Virus record (IMG/VR): IMGVR_UViG_3300031760_000015
Location: 43,641-107,640 of that record
Length of the DNA stretch: 64,000 nucleotides
Origin: a virus
Taxonomy: Duplodnaviria > Heunggongvirae > Uroviricota > Caudoviricetes
Direction: 5' to 3' (one strand)
Part shown: piece by piece, positions 28,537 through 37,080 of the stretch
How the letters are laid out: each line of letters starts with the position of its first letter
Numbering within the stretch: the stretch's first letter is position 1
Program-made: the position numbers and the translations under genes
Notes under the pieces: generated by a model
Databases searched by the model: none
What the model saw: the letters and a program-made list of their open reading frames with translations, nothing else
What the model was told of the DNA's origin: nothing

Positions 28537-28655
28537 AGTCGCTCACAGCAATTGTTCTTATAGAACATATGGGTTCAAATCCCATAATACGCACAGCGTA
28601 TTTAGCCAAATGGTCAAGGCAGATGTCTAACAAACATCCTTCTATTAAAGCGACT
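28537..28655 (+). ncRNA. E3: stem-framed (AGTCGCT/AGCGACT) CACAGCAAT element enclosing a circularly permuted tRNA (T-arm + 3' acceptor AATACGC-ACA-GCGTATT 5' acceptor + D-arm + anticodon arm with loop CTAACAA)
   Basis: T-arm ATGGGTTCAAATCCCAT 28568-28584; acceptor halves 28585-28591 and 28595-28601 perfectly complementary; no T-arm follows the 5' half. Confidence 0.55.
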
Positions 28656-28668
28656 TGTTATATTTTAT

Positions 28669-28700
28669 AAGAGTTTGATTTTAATCAAACTCTTTTTTAT
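28669..28700 (+). terminator. rho-independent terminator closing the first tRNA island
   Basis: 12-bp stem AAGAGTTTGATT/AATCAAACTCTT then TTTTTT. Confidence 0.65.
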
Positions 28701-28723
28701 ACTTCCAAAAAGAAGGTGAGATT

Positions 28724-30421
28724 ATGGGTAAAATAGCAGATATTTTTGAAGGAGATTATCCTATTAATTGGGATTTAGCACGCACTGAACTTGATTTAAT
28801 AATTTTTCGCGCAACTGTAGGACTAAAAGAAGATAAGCGTTATATTAAATATGCAAAAGATAGTAAAGTTCCATATGGTGTATATCATTATGTAACTGCT
28901 ACTACAGCAGAAGATTCGCGCGAACAGGCACGTTTTTTTGTAGAACATGCTAATAAAGCATATAAAAAACCATTATTTTATATCGCTGATATTGAAGGAG
29001 ATAGATTTAATTCAACTAATACTGAACCAGTTTGTATTGCTTTTTTAGAAGAATTGCGCAAATTAGGTTGCGAAAAAATTGGAATGTATATTAACAGAAA
29101 ATACAAGTATGCGGGAAAAGCAATAGAAATGTGTGATATAATGTGGATACCACATTGGGGTAAAGATGATGGAAATATCCCACCAGACTCTTCTAAACCA
29201 AAACATTATAATGATTTATGGCAATACACTAGTAATGGCACATTAGCAGGACTTAATGAAGATGTTGATTTAAATTTAATAAATGGAGATAAGCCATTAG
29301 AATGGTTTATAGAAGGATGGGAGTCAGATAAGGAGGAAGAAAAATCTATGTATGATAAATTTTCTAATATGCATTTTGTAGAATTTTGTAAAAAATTTGT
29401 AGGAATGCCTTATTGGTATGCAACTTGTGTTTATCCTTGCACAGAGTCTAAATTAAATTCTAAAACTAAAAATTATCCAGACCATTATACTTCCGATAGA
29501 ATGTCTCGTTATCGTGCTGATATTGCCGCACATAAAATTTGTGCTGATTGCGTTGGTCTTATGAAAGGTTATGCTTGGACTAATGCTGGTGAAAATGTAA
29601 TTGAATCTATTGGCAAAGAAAAACCTTTATTTACTAATAGTTATAAAAGTAATAATATGCCTGATAAATCTGCTAATGGTATGTTCTCTTATGCTAAAAA
29701 GCAAGGTTTAGATTGGGGAAATATTGATACATTACCCGAAATTCCAGGTCTAGGCTTACATATGGATGGTCATGTTGGAGTTTATATTGGTAATGGTGAA
29801 GCAATTGAAGAACGCGGCTTTAAGTATGGCTGTGTTAAAACTAAAATGAAAGATAGAAAATGGCTTCATTGGTTTAAGATTCCAACTATAATTTATCAAG
29901 AAAATCAAGTTATTCCTTCAGCAGAAATACTTGGCGAAACTTCTTTAAAGAACGGTTCTAAAGGAAATGCTGTTAAAGAGCTTCAAAAAAATTTAAATCT
30001 TTTATTAGGTCTTAATTTAGAAGTTGATGGTATTTTTGGAAAGAAAACAGAACTTGCGGTTAAAACTTTCCAAAATGAATATGGTTTAGAAATAGATGGA
30101 ATTTATAGTGAGCAAACTCATATTGCTTTAATGGCTGCTCTTTCTGATTTAACTACAGAGGAAGAAAAACAGCAAGAAGAAGTTGTTATGCCAGAACCTA
30201 TAAATAATGAAAACAAGTATATTACTAAAGCTTCTGTAAATGTAAGAACTGGTGATGGAACTTCTTATGAAAAAATTACTCATTTAGAAAAAAATATTCC
30301 AATAAATGTAGTATTAGATAAAGATAACAAACCAATTATTTCTTCAAATGGCTGGTATGCTATTTATATAATGGATAAAATTGGCTGGTTAAGCGGAAAT
30401 TATGTAAAGAAAAATACTTGA
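28724..30421 (+). CDS. endolysin: GH25 muramidase + NlpC/P60 peptidase + PG-binding repeats + SH3b
   Basis: GH25 ...LWQYTSNGTLAGLNEDVDLN; NlpC/P60 CADCVGLMKGY ... GHVGVYIGNG; PG_binding GIFGKKTELAVKTFQ; SH3-like C-terminus. Confidence 0.75.
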   Translation: MGKIADIFEGDYPINWDLARTELDLIIFRATVGLKEDKRYIKYAKDSKVPYGVYHYVTATTAEDSREQARFFVEHANKAYKKPLFYIADIEGDRFNSTNTEPVCIAFLEELRKLGCEKIGMYINRKYKYAGKAIEMCDIMWIPHWGKDDGNIPPDSSKPKHYNDLWQYTSNGTLAGLNEDVDLNLINGDKPLEWFIEGWESDKEEEKSMYDKFSNMHFVEFCKKFVGMPYWYATCVYPCTESKLNSKTKNYPDHYTSDRMSRYRADIAAHKICADCVGLMKGYAWTNAGENVIESIGKEKPLFTNSYKSNNMPDKSANGMFSYAKKQGLDWGNIDTLPEIPGLGLHMDGHVGVYIGNGEAIEERGFKYGCVKTKMKDRKWLHWFKIPTIIYQENQVIPSAEILGETSLKNGSKGNAVKELQKNLNLLLGLNLEVDGIFGKKTELAVKTFQNEYGLEIDGIYSEQTHIALMAALSDLTTEEEKQQEEVVMPEPINNENKYITKASVNVRTGDGTSYEKITHLEKNIPINVVLDKDNKPIISSNGWYAIYIMDKIGWLSGNYVKKNT

Positions 30422-30446
30422 CTTTTCCCCAAAATTATATTATAAT
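30418..30446 (+). promoter_or_regulatory. sigma-A-type promoter TTGACT-N17-TATAAT driving the 4-tRNA cluster
   Basis: -35 30418-30423, -10 30441-30446. Confidence 0.55.
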
Positions 30447-30559
30447 AAATATGTTGAGAGGATGACTGGGGAGCAACATTAAGCGGAGTCATGACCGCAC
30501 TCCTTTCCCGTGTCAATATCCTACCTTTCCACACGATAAATAAAGATGGTAGGACGCGT

Positions 30560-30634
30560 GCGCCGGTAGGCTAACGGATAGACCATGGGGCTACGGACTC
30601 CAGAGTGAGGGTTCGATTCCTTCTCGGCGCGCCA
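30560..30634 (+). tRNA. tRNA-Arg(ACG)
   Basis: acceptor GCGCCGG/TCGGCGC, anticodon loop CTACGGA, T-arm GAGGGTTCGATTCCTTC, CCA. Confidence 0.7.
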
Positions 30635-30639
30635 ATTAT

Positions 30640-30726
30640 GCGTCGGTATGCCTAGCAGCGAGAGCACTTGGCTGTAGACCAAGTACGTTAGAAACACCGT
30701 GGGTGCAACTCCTACCCGGCGCACCA
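30640..30726 (+). tRNA. tRNA-Tyr(GTA), type II
   Basis: anticodon arm CTTGG-CTGTAGA-CCAAG, long variable arm, CCA. Confidence 0.65.
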
Positions 30727-30730
30727 ATAT

Positions 30731-30803
30731 GGACCGGTAGCCCAATGGCAGAGGCACTAGCCTAAGGAGCTAGCAAGTGTGGGTTCAAATCCCACCCGGT
30801 CTA
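30731..30803 (+). tRNA. tRNA with anticodon AAG (Leu by anticodon) but class I (5-nt variable loop), A73
   Basis: anticodon arm CTAGC-CTAAGGA-GCTAG; T-arm GTGGGTTCAAATCCCAC. Confidence 0.55.
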
Positions 30804-30811
30804 CTAAAATT

Positions 30812-30882
30812 GCCGCATTAGTTTAATGGTAGAACAATATACTCGTAATATATAAACGCTTGTTCAAATCAAGTATGCGGCT
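30812..30882 (+). tRNA. tRNA-Thr(CGT)
   Basis: acceptor GCCGCAT/ATGCGGC, anticodon arm ATATA-CTCGTAA-TATAT, T-arm GCTTGTTCAAATCAAGT. Confidence 0.65.
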
Positions 30883-30899
30883 TCATAGGAGAGATAAAT

Positions 30900-33797
30900 A
30901 TGAAAAAGGGAATAGTATATTTTATACTATTGACTTTTTTATTTTTTATATTTCCAAGTTTTTCTGAAGAATTGGAAATAGAAATAGAAGAGCCAATAGA
31001 TGTTATTTTTCCAGTAGAAGAAAATGAAATAAACTTAGAAGATAATTTAGATTTAATTTCTATAAATGAACTTCAAGCTAACAATTTAGAAATACCAGAA
31101 GAACAAGAAGTAGAAATTCCAGACCTCCCAAAAGAATATAATTTTAATATAGAATTATCTAATTTAACTGGTTATTCTATTATAGCTTTAAATAATGCTT
31201 TTATTGACTCACATATTAGAGGTTCTTTATGGATTGGAAATACATTAACTAGTAATGAATGGTGCGGTTCAGACGACGGTTCAATTAATCACATACCTTC
31301 TGGAACAGAAAGTTATATATATAATAATGAATCTTCAATGTATTTTCAAGGTCGCACTGAAAATCAAAGTAAAGATGCTTATAAAAAATTAAGCGCGGCC
31401 GCAGTTGAAACTACAAAAGATTATTGGACTAATATAATAAACTCATTGCCTAACGATGAAGAACAATGGATTTATGTAAAACCTGATGAAAATGGTTATG
31501 TTAATTTAACAAAATGGGATTATCAAACTCAAGGAAGCGATGAATCCCAGGAATCTATTGAAAAAATATATTGGACAAACGCGTCTAAAGTAGATATGGG
31601 CGGCTTAGCCGGCCATTTAATTGCTCCATTCGCAGAAATTGATATTACTTGGTGTAATCATAGAGGAGCAATTGTAGGATGGAATATTACTACGCACGGT
31701 GAAGCCCATATTAATTATTGGACTCCCGAAATTATAGAGCCAACCTCTTCACCTACCGAAACACCTTCTCCAACAGCAACACCAGCTCCAGGCAAAATTA
31801 TTCTACAAAAAACATTAGTAAATGACGTTTGGCATATTCGTTGTGATGTTATGGATGGAACAACTTTCCAAGCTGGCGGCGGAATATGGAAAACTGATGT
31901 TATTATGAATCCAAATAAAAAAACAAGTAAAGAAGGACATAGGTCTAACAAATGCGGCGATGCCGACCATTGGATTATATGGTTAGATAATACAGGGACT
32001 CCATTTAGAATGGATGAAATAAAATCTGGAGCAACTGGTGGCACTTTACCCACTATGATATTTGAAGAAGTATATTCACCGCAAGATTTAGGATTTTCTG
32101 GTTGGGGAGAATTAGAACCAGAAATGACTGACAAAGTTGAATTATATAAAGAAAACTTTAAAATTCAAAAAGATATTACAACTGTAAAACCAGGAGAAAG
32201 AATATATTGGATTACTTGGAATAAAGACCAACGATGGTATCACAGTGGTGTGCCATATATTGCACCACCAACTTTTACTTTTTATATTGATGGAGAACCA
32301 TATCCTATTGTTGCTGGTAATTATCTTGAATTGGATGATGTATTGCCGGGCGCGCACGAAATTAGAGAAGATGTAAGCCTTGATGACTATATTATTACAA
32401 TATTTGGCAGTGATGAAGTTGAAGGCACAAAGTCTATAATTAATATTATAGATGGAGAAACTATAGAAGTAGAATATGTAAATGAAATTATTACTCCACC
32501 AACTGAACAACCTTCTACTCCTCCTGCACTACCTACTCCAACTCCAACATCTACACCTACAGTTGTTCCAACACCTACACCCACACCTACAGCGGTGCCT
32601 ACGATTGCTCCAACTATAAAACCAACGGATACTCCTATACCAACATCTACCCCTATTCCTACTGAAATACCCACTATAACTCCTACAGAAAAACCAACCA
32701 TACAACCAACATCTACCCCAACAATTAAACCTACTATCGCGCCAACTAAAACTCCTACTCCTACTGAAACATCACCAATAAAATCAACTGAAAATCCTAC
32801 CCCAATAGAAACTTTAACTCCAACTATTTCTCCTACGCTAGAAATAACTATAACTCCAACAATAATGCCTACGGAGGAACCTACACATGAACCAACAGAA
32901 AAGCCTACAGCAAAGCCAACACCAACTCCCAGTCCCGCACCCACTTCAATACCAGCAAGCCCAACTCCACCAACAGAGCCCAGTCCCGCGCCAACTATCA
33001 CCATCACTCCAACAGTTGAGCCCACCACAGTTCCTACAATACGACCAACTGATACACCAGTTGTTACAGCTACCCCTGGAAAGCCTAGTGAGTCTCCTCG
33101 ACCTAAACCAACACCTACCGAAACAATAAAACCTACGGAGGAGCCTACAAATGAACCGACTACAATTCCTACAGTGGTGCCGACAACAGAACCTACAGTT
33201 AAGCCTACTGCAACGTCTACAAATACTCCTACTGTGGCCCCTACCAATACGCCGCGGCCTACTCGTAAGCCAACGCTAACACCAGTAAAACCCACGAAAA
33301 CTCCAAAACCTACAAATACTCCTACTCCAACAAATACGCTAAGTATTAAACCAACAATAATTCCAACGCCAAAACCTACTAAAACCCCTGAAATTCTTAT
33401 TCCTTCATTAAAACCAACAGAAATAATACCTACTGAAACTCCTACAATTAGTCCGGCGCCAACAAGGACACCAAAACCAACCGAATTAATTATTATAGTA
33501 GATTTACCAACATTTACTCCCACACCAACTGCAACCCCAACTCCTAGACCTACAGTTCCACCCGAAGTAATAGAAGAAATTATTATTAATCCTCCACCAC
33601 CAGTTTCTAATAGACCAGATTTTTCTCAATATACTGATGAAGAATTAGAAGAATTATTTGATTTCTGGGGCTATCAAACTCCTTTATATGGTATATTCCA
33701 AACAGGTGACGAAATACCAATAGGAATAATAATAGCTGGATTGGCTGGATTATTGTGTTTAATTTTATATTTTATATTAAGAAAATATAATATTTGA
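30900..33797 (+). CDS. secreted/membrane-anchored surface protein: signal peptide, globular domain, about 350-aa Pro/Thr-rich linker, C-terminal TM helix
   Basis: MKKGIVYFILLTFLFFIFPSFS signal; PTPTPT repeats; C-terminal IIIAGLAGLLCLILYFILRKYNI. Confidence 0.65.
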   Translation: MKKGIVYFILLTFLFFIFPSFSEELEIEIEEPIDVIFPVEENEINLEDNLDLISINELQANNLEIPEEQEVEIPDLPKEYNFNIELSNLTGYSIIALNNAFIDSHIRGSLWIGNTLTSNEWCGSDDGSINHIPSGTESYIYNNESSMYFQGRTENQSKDAYKKLSAAAVETTKDYWTNIINSLPNDEEQWIYVKPDENGYVNLTKWDYQTQGSDESQESIEKIYWTNASKVDMGGLAGHLIAPFAEIDITWCNHRGAIVGWNITTHGEAHINYWTPEIIEPTSSPTETPSPTATPAPGKIILQKTLVNDVWHIRCDVMDGTTFQAGGGIWKTDVIMNPNKKTSKEGHRSNKCGDADHWIIWLDNTGTPFRMDEIKSGATGGTLPTMIFEEVYSPQDLGFSGWGELEPEMTDKVELYKENFKIQKDITTVKPGERIYWITWNKDQRWYHSGVPYIAPPTFTFYIDGEPYPIVAGNYLELDDVLPGAHEIREDVSLDDYIITIFGSDEVEGTKSIINIIDGETIEVEYVNEIITPPTEQPSTPPALPTPTPTSTPTVVPTPTPTPTAVPTIAPTIKPTDTPIPTSTPIPTEIPTITPTEKPTIQPTSTPTIKPTIAPTKTPTPTETSPIKSTENPTPIETLTPTISPTLEITITPTIMPTEEPTHEPTEKPTAKPTPTPSPAPTSIPASPTPPTEPSPAPTITITPTVEPTTVPTIRPTDTPVVTATPGKPSESPRPKPTPTETIKPTEEPTNEPTTIPTVVPTTEPTVKPTATSTNTPTVAPTNTPRPTRKPTLTPVKPTKTPKPTNTPTPTNTLSIKPTIIPTPKPTKTPEILIPSLKPTEIIPTETPTISPAPTRTPKPTELIIIVDLPTFTPTPTATPTPRPTVPPEVIEEIIINPPPPVSNRPDFSQYTDEELEELFDFWGYQTPLYGIFQTGDEIPIGIIIAGLAGLLCLILYFILRKYNI
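32500..33560 (+). repeat. low-complexity Pro/Thr(/Glu/Lys) codon repeat inside 30900..33797
   Basis: recurrent CCAAC(A/T)CC units; generates spurious minus-strand ORFs. Confidence 0.7.
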
Positions 33798-33822
33798 CTT
33801 TCTTTTAAAATTTTGCTATAAT
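33794..33822 (+). promoter_or_regulatory. sigma-A-type promoter TTGACT-N17-TATAAT
   Basis: -35 33794-33799, -10 33817-33822. Confidence 0.55.
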
Positions 33823-33866
33823 ATATACATAAGGTAAGGAAATAAAAAATTTTCTTACCTTAATAT

Positions 33867-33937
33867 AGGAGTTTAGTGTAATGGTAGCACAGCAGCCTCC
33901 AAATCTGTTTGTGAGGGTTCAAATCCTTCAACTCCTG
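33867..33937 (+). tRNA. tRNA-Trp(CCA)
   Basis: acceptor AGGAGTT/AACTCCT, anticodon loop CTCCAAA, T-arm GAGGGTTCAAATCCTTC. Confidence 0.6.
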
Positions 33938-33939
33938 CT

Positions 33940-34376
33940 TTAGGTTCCTCCTGTAAAAATCCTTCTGTTCGCGACAGTGAAAAGGAGTGGTTGTGGCTAG
34001 TAATATAGAAAAAGCAGAATTTATATTATGTGTTCGCCATTAAAGAACGCCGGGAGTTCTCTTACCCCGTAAGGTAGTCCGGAATACACATAAGATTCGC
34101 TCGGCGATTAGATTACGTCGTAAGACAATAAGGTGTCAGTCTAGCGGAAATTGAACTCGTTAGTGTCAATCGTGTAGCATACGAATAATGCTCGCTTGCC
34201 TGCCGTGTGACCGAAGGTGAGGTACGCTGCAAACCAAGAGTAGAAATTGCAGATTAGGGAATGTGTGCTTCGCGGGCACAGGTATTCCCGCGTGAGACTC
34301 GCGGTGAAATCGAGTGGCGGCTCCAATGGATTGAGGCCCAGAAGATGCCAATAGGAGAAGAAACCGCGAGATTTAT
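33940..34376 (+). ncRNA. GC-rich (about 48%) ORF-free structured block upstream of split tRNA-Met; contains GCGGG...CCCGC...GAGACT...TAGTCC motifs reminiscent of group I intron core elements
   Basis: no ORF >30 codons in a 30% GC genome; multiple GC helices. Confidence 0.35.
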
Positions 34377-34414
34377 GGGCGTCTAGCACAGTTGGTCAGT
34401 GCCTTCGGCTCATA
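34377..34414 (+). tRNA. tRNA-Met(CAT) 5' exon (acceptor, D-arm, anticodon stem + CTCATA)
   Basis: GGGCGTC-TA-GCACAGTTGGTCAGTGC-C-TTCGG-CTCATA; 3' partner at 34869-34904. Confidence 0.55.
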
Positions 34415-34442
34415 TCAAGCAAAATCATATCTATAAATTATT

Positions 34443-34853
34443 ATGGATACAAATATTAAAGGTATTATTACCGAATTAAAATGTAAAACTTATTTTTTAG
34501 AATTGGGATATACTGTCTCAACTCCAGAAAATCCAACGAGGTATGATTTTATTTTAGACACTGGAAATAAACTTATAAAAATTCAGGTTAAAACTTGTAC
34601 TTCAGATGGAGAAAAATTAAGTTTTGCTACTTGTTCTAGTCATTTTGTAAATGGAAAAGTTACTCATACTCATTATCAAAATGATAATATTGATTATTTT
34701 TGTACTTGGTATAATAATGAATGTTATCTAATTCCTGTATCAGAGTGTGGGAAAACTGAAAAAAAATTACGATTAGTTCCCACACGAAATGGACAAGTAA
34801 AAAAAATTAGTTTTGCTAAGGATTATATTGCTAAGGAGGTTTTAAATAGATAA
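34443..34853 (+). CDS. PD-(D/E)XK-like homing endonuclease within the tRNA-Met intervening sequence
   Basis: YDFILD ... KIQVKT motifs; paralog of 50608 gene; located between the tRNA halves. Confidence 0.45.
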   Translation: MDTNIKGIITELKCKTYFLELGYTVSTPENPTRYDFILDTGNKLIKIQVKTCTSDGEKLSFATCSSHFVNGKVTHTHYQNDNIDYFCTWYNNECYLIPVSECGKTEKKLRLVPTRNGQVKKISFAKDYIAKEVLNR

Positions 34854-34868
34854 GTGAGCTAGATATGA

Positions 34869-34904
34869 ACCGAATGGTCTTGGGTTCGAGCCCCAAGGCG
34901 CCCA
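34869..34904 (+). tRNA. tRNA-Met(CAT) 3' exon (A38, anticodon stem CCGAA, variable loop, T-arm, acceptor GGCGCCC)
   Basis: T-arm TTGGGTTCGAGCCCCAA; acceptor complementary to 34377-34383; flanking GATATGA pairs with the CTCATATC end of exon 1. Confidence 0.55.
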
Positions 34905-34926
34905 TTTAATAAAAAGGAGTTATATA

Positions 34927-35094
34927 ATGAAACTTGAAGAAATTTTAAAAAAAGATATTGATACTCTTTTAATTTATTTAGAATTTTCTTTAACTATGCT
35001 TTTAACTTCAGAAGGATATACTTACGATAAATGGGCTTTTCTTTTTAAAGCTATTCGTGAAGAAATTATTAGACGAACTGGAGAACATAAATAA
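34927..35094 (+). CDS. small hypothetical protein (55 aa)
   Basis: RBS AAAAGGAG; below cutoff. Confidence 0.35.
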   Translation: MKLEEILKKDIDTLLIYLEFSLTMLLTSEGYTYDKWAFLFKAIREEIIRRTGEHK

Positions 35095-35391
35095 TTGACT
35101 TTTTATTTAAATTATAATATGATAAATATATCAAGCAAGAAAGGAAAATTATTTATGAATTTTGTATTAATTAATGCTCAAGGAACTTTAGAAAAGAAAA
35201 TTGAAGTTAATACAGTTGAAGAAATAATGAATTTAATTAAAGAATATAATAATGCAGTTATATTTTACCCTGAACATGATTATTATAGCTCTCTTTATAA
35301 TTATCCAGTTATACAAATTTATGATGATTATATAGAATAAATAAATGTGTTTAAATAATTTACTTTTGGAAACAACACATTTTAGAAAGGT

Positions 35392-35847
35392 TTGATGATT
35401 ATGAGATTATGGCATACTAAACTTATTGAAGTTCTTCCGCGAGAGCAACTTGTAGCTCAATGGAGAGAATTAAGTGCAATTGCTGGGACAATTCAAAAGA
35501 AAGGCGCTCCAAATCATCTTTTAGTAAATTTTGTAATGGATTATGATTTTGATCATTTTATTTCTTATGCTTATTATGTGCGCGCGGAAATGACTAAACG
35601 TGGTTATCGCACTATGAATAATGTATGGGATAAGATTGTTTCTCTAAAACCTAATTATAATATTTTATCTTTTGAAGAAATTTATAAAGAAAAAATGAAT
35701 CAAGATTATTATGAAATTTGTTGGGATAATTTAAGAGAAAAATATTTGTGTGGTGGAATTAGTCAAGAAGATTGGTCTAAAATTAAAGAGCCTTATAAAA
35801 TGCTTCCTGATTATGAAGAAGAGGAAGAAGAAGAAATATGTTTTTAA
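35392..35847 (+). CDS. pyrimidine-dimer DNA glycosylase (T4 endonuclease V / Pyr_excise family)
   Basis: MRLWHTKLIEVLPREQLVAQWRELSAIAG resembles the T4 endoV N-terminus [24 protein letters not shown] and the family consensus MRLWH..LI..LPR.QL.GQHRE. Confidence 0.55.
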   Translation: MMIMRLWHTKLIEVLPREQLVAQWRELSAIAGTIQKKGAPNHLLVNFVMDYDFDHFISYAYYVRAEMTKRGYRTMNNVWDKIVSLKPNYNILSFEEIYKEKMNQDYYEICWDNLREKYLCGGISQEDWSKIKEPYKMLPDYEEEEEEEICF

Positions 35848-35969
35848 AACTTTATTTAATAATTGGTAATTTTATTGCTTTATGGGTATTGCCAGTTTGG
35901 ATATTTTGGTGCTTAATTCCTAATAAAAGTCTTATTGAAGGTTTTTCAGATTGGCTTAATGAAGATTAA
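35838..35969 (+). CDS. small hydrophobic peptide (43 aa)
   Basis: ATG overlapping upstream stop; single TM helix. Confidence 0.25.
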   Translation: MFLKLYLIIGNFIALWVLPVWIFWCLIPNKSLIEGFSDWLNED

Positions 35970-35970
35970 T

Positions 35971-36045
35971 GCGCTCGTGGGAGAATGGCTTATCCGGAAG
36001 TCTGCAAAACTTCATATGCCAGTTCAATTCTGGCCGAGCGCTCCA
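35971..36045 (+). tRNA. tRNA-Cys(GCA), solitary
   Basis: acceptor GCGCTCG/CGAGCGC, anticodon arm GAAGT-CTGCAAA-ACTTC, T-arm GCCAGTTCAATTCTGGC, CCA. Confidence 0.7.
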
Positions 36046-36072
36046 TTATAATATAAAGGGAGTTAAAGGAGT

Positions 36073-36984
36073 ATGAAAAAAATTAAAAAGAATGGTTTAT
36101 CTTTTGGAATTTTTGGTGCTATTGCCGCAATTCTTGTTGTTCTATTATTTATAGACTTGACTACGCCACAATATGGATTTTTTGCAAAAGTTAATGCAGG
36201 TTATGTGGGTATTAGAGAATATTTTGGCAAAGTGCCTGATGAACCGTTACAACCAGGTTTTCATGTGACTCGTTTTTTTGAGCATGTTCATCCTGTCGAT
36301 GTTAGAACTCAACGCAACACTTATAAAATGGAAGCATTTAGTTCCGATATTCAGCAAGTAATTGTTACAGTTGCAGTAAATAGTAATATTTCATCTGAAT
36401 CTGCGGGAACCTTATATAAAACTGTTGGTATGAATTATCTTACTACTCTAATGGAACCTCGTCTATTAGAAAATGTAAAAGTTGTAATTAGTCAATATAC
36501 CGCAGAATCTTTAATTGCTCAACGAGAAACTTTATCTAAACAAGTTTTAGAATTAATGCAACAAGATTTAAAGTCTTATGGAATTGTTATTAGTAATATT
36601 TCTGTAGAAAATATAGATTTTACAGATGCTTTTGAATCAAGTGTAGAAGCTAAACAAGTTGCTACTCAAGAAAAACAAAGAGCTAAAACCATTCAAGAAC
36701 AGCAAACTATGGAAGCTCAACAAGCAGCAGAGCGTCAAAAGATTGCTGCGCAAGCAGAAGCAGAAGTAGCTAAAACAAAAGCAGATGCAGAAGCATATGT
36801 TGTTCGCGCAAAGGCAGAAGCAGAGGCAGAAGCTAATAAGAAAATCAATGAATCTTTAACTCGCGATTTAATTGATTATACACAAGTTCAAACTTGGGAT
36901 GGTAAGTTACCTACTTTTGTAGGCGGAGATTCTAGTATTCCTATTTTTAATATTGAAACAGAAACTACGTCAACTCAGGAATAA
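36073..36984 (+). CDS. SPFH/band-7 (prohibitin/HflK-like) membrane protein
   Basis: N-terminal TM, SPFH core, C-terminal QA/EA-rich coiled coil. Confidence 0.6.
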   Translation: MKKIKKNGLSFGIFGAIAAILVVLLFIDLTTPQYGFFAKVNAGYVGIREYFGKVPDEPLQPGFHVTRFFEHVHPVDVRTQRNTYKMEAFSSDIQQVIVTVAVNSNISSESAGTLYKTVGMNYLTTLMEPRLLENVKVVISQYTAESLIAQRETLSKQVLELMQQDLKSYGIVISNISVENIDFTDAFESSVEAKQVATQEKQRAKTIQEQQTMEAQQAAERQKIAAQAEAEVAKTKADAEAYVVRAKAEAEAEANKKINESLTRDLIDYTQVQTWDGKLPTFVGGDSSIPIFNIETETTSTQE

Positions 36985-36998
36985 TATGAATACATATA

Positions 36999-37024
36999 AA
37001 CGCACGGGAAACCGTGCGTTTTTC
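36999..37024 (+). terminator. rho-independent terminator
   Basis: AACGCACGG-GAAA-CCGTGCGTT then TTTTT. Confidence 0.7.
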
Positions 37025-37027
37025 TAT

Positions 37028-37056
37028 TTGACTTGGTATAAAAATTATGATATAAT
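37028..37056 (+). promoter_or_regulatory. sigma-A-type promoter TTGACT-N17-TATAAT
   Basis: -35 37028-37033, -10 37051-37056. Confidence 0.55.
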
Positions 37057-37080
37057 ATGTTTAGACAAGGAGGAGATAAT

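Noticed and set aside
27615-30757. Track ORFs 27615..27833, 28069..28332 (-), 28448..28630 and 30521..30757 (-)
   Set aside because: They overlap well-folded tRNA genes and lack RBSs; spurious.
31715-33523. Minus-strand ORFs 31715..32134, 32142..32510, 32387..33523 and plus-strand 32887..33129 (G/V-rich or Q/L-rich translations)
   Set aside because: They lie entirely within the Pro/Thr codon-repeat of 30900..33797; open frames are an artefact of the low-complexity repeat.
34141-34389. Minus-strand ORFs 34141..34389 and 34166..34351
   Set aside because: They lie within the GC-rich structured block and are antisense to the tRNA-Met 5' exon; no RBS.
35095-35119. TTGACT ... TATAAT pair at 35095-35118 as a promoter
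   Set aside because: Spacer is only 12 nt; unlikely to be functional in that register.
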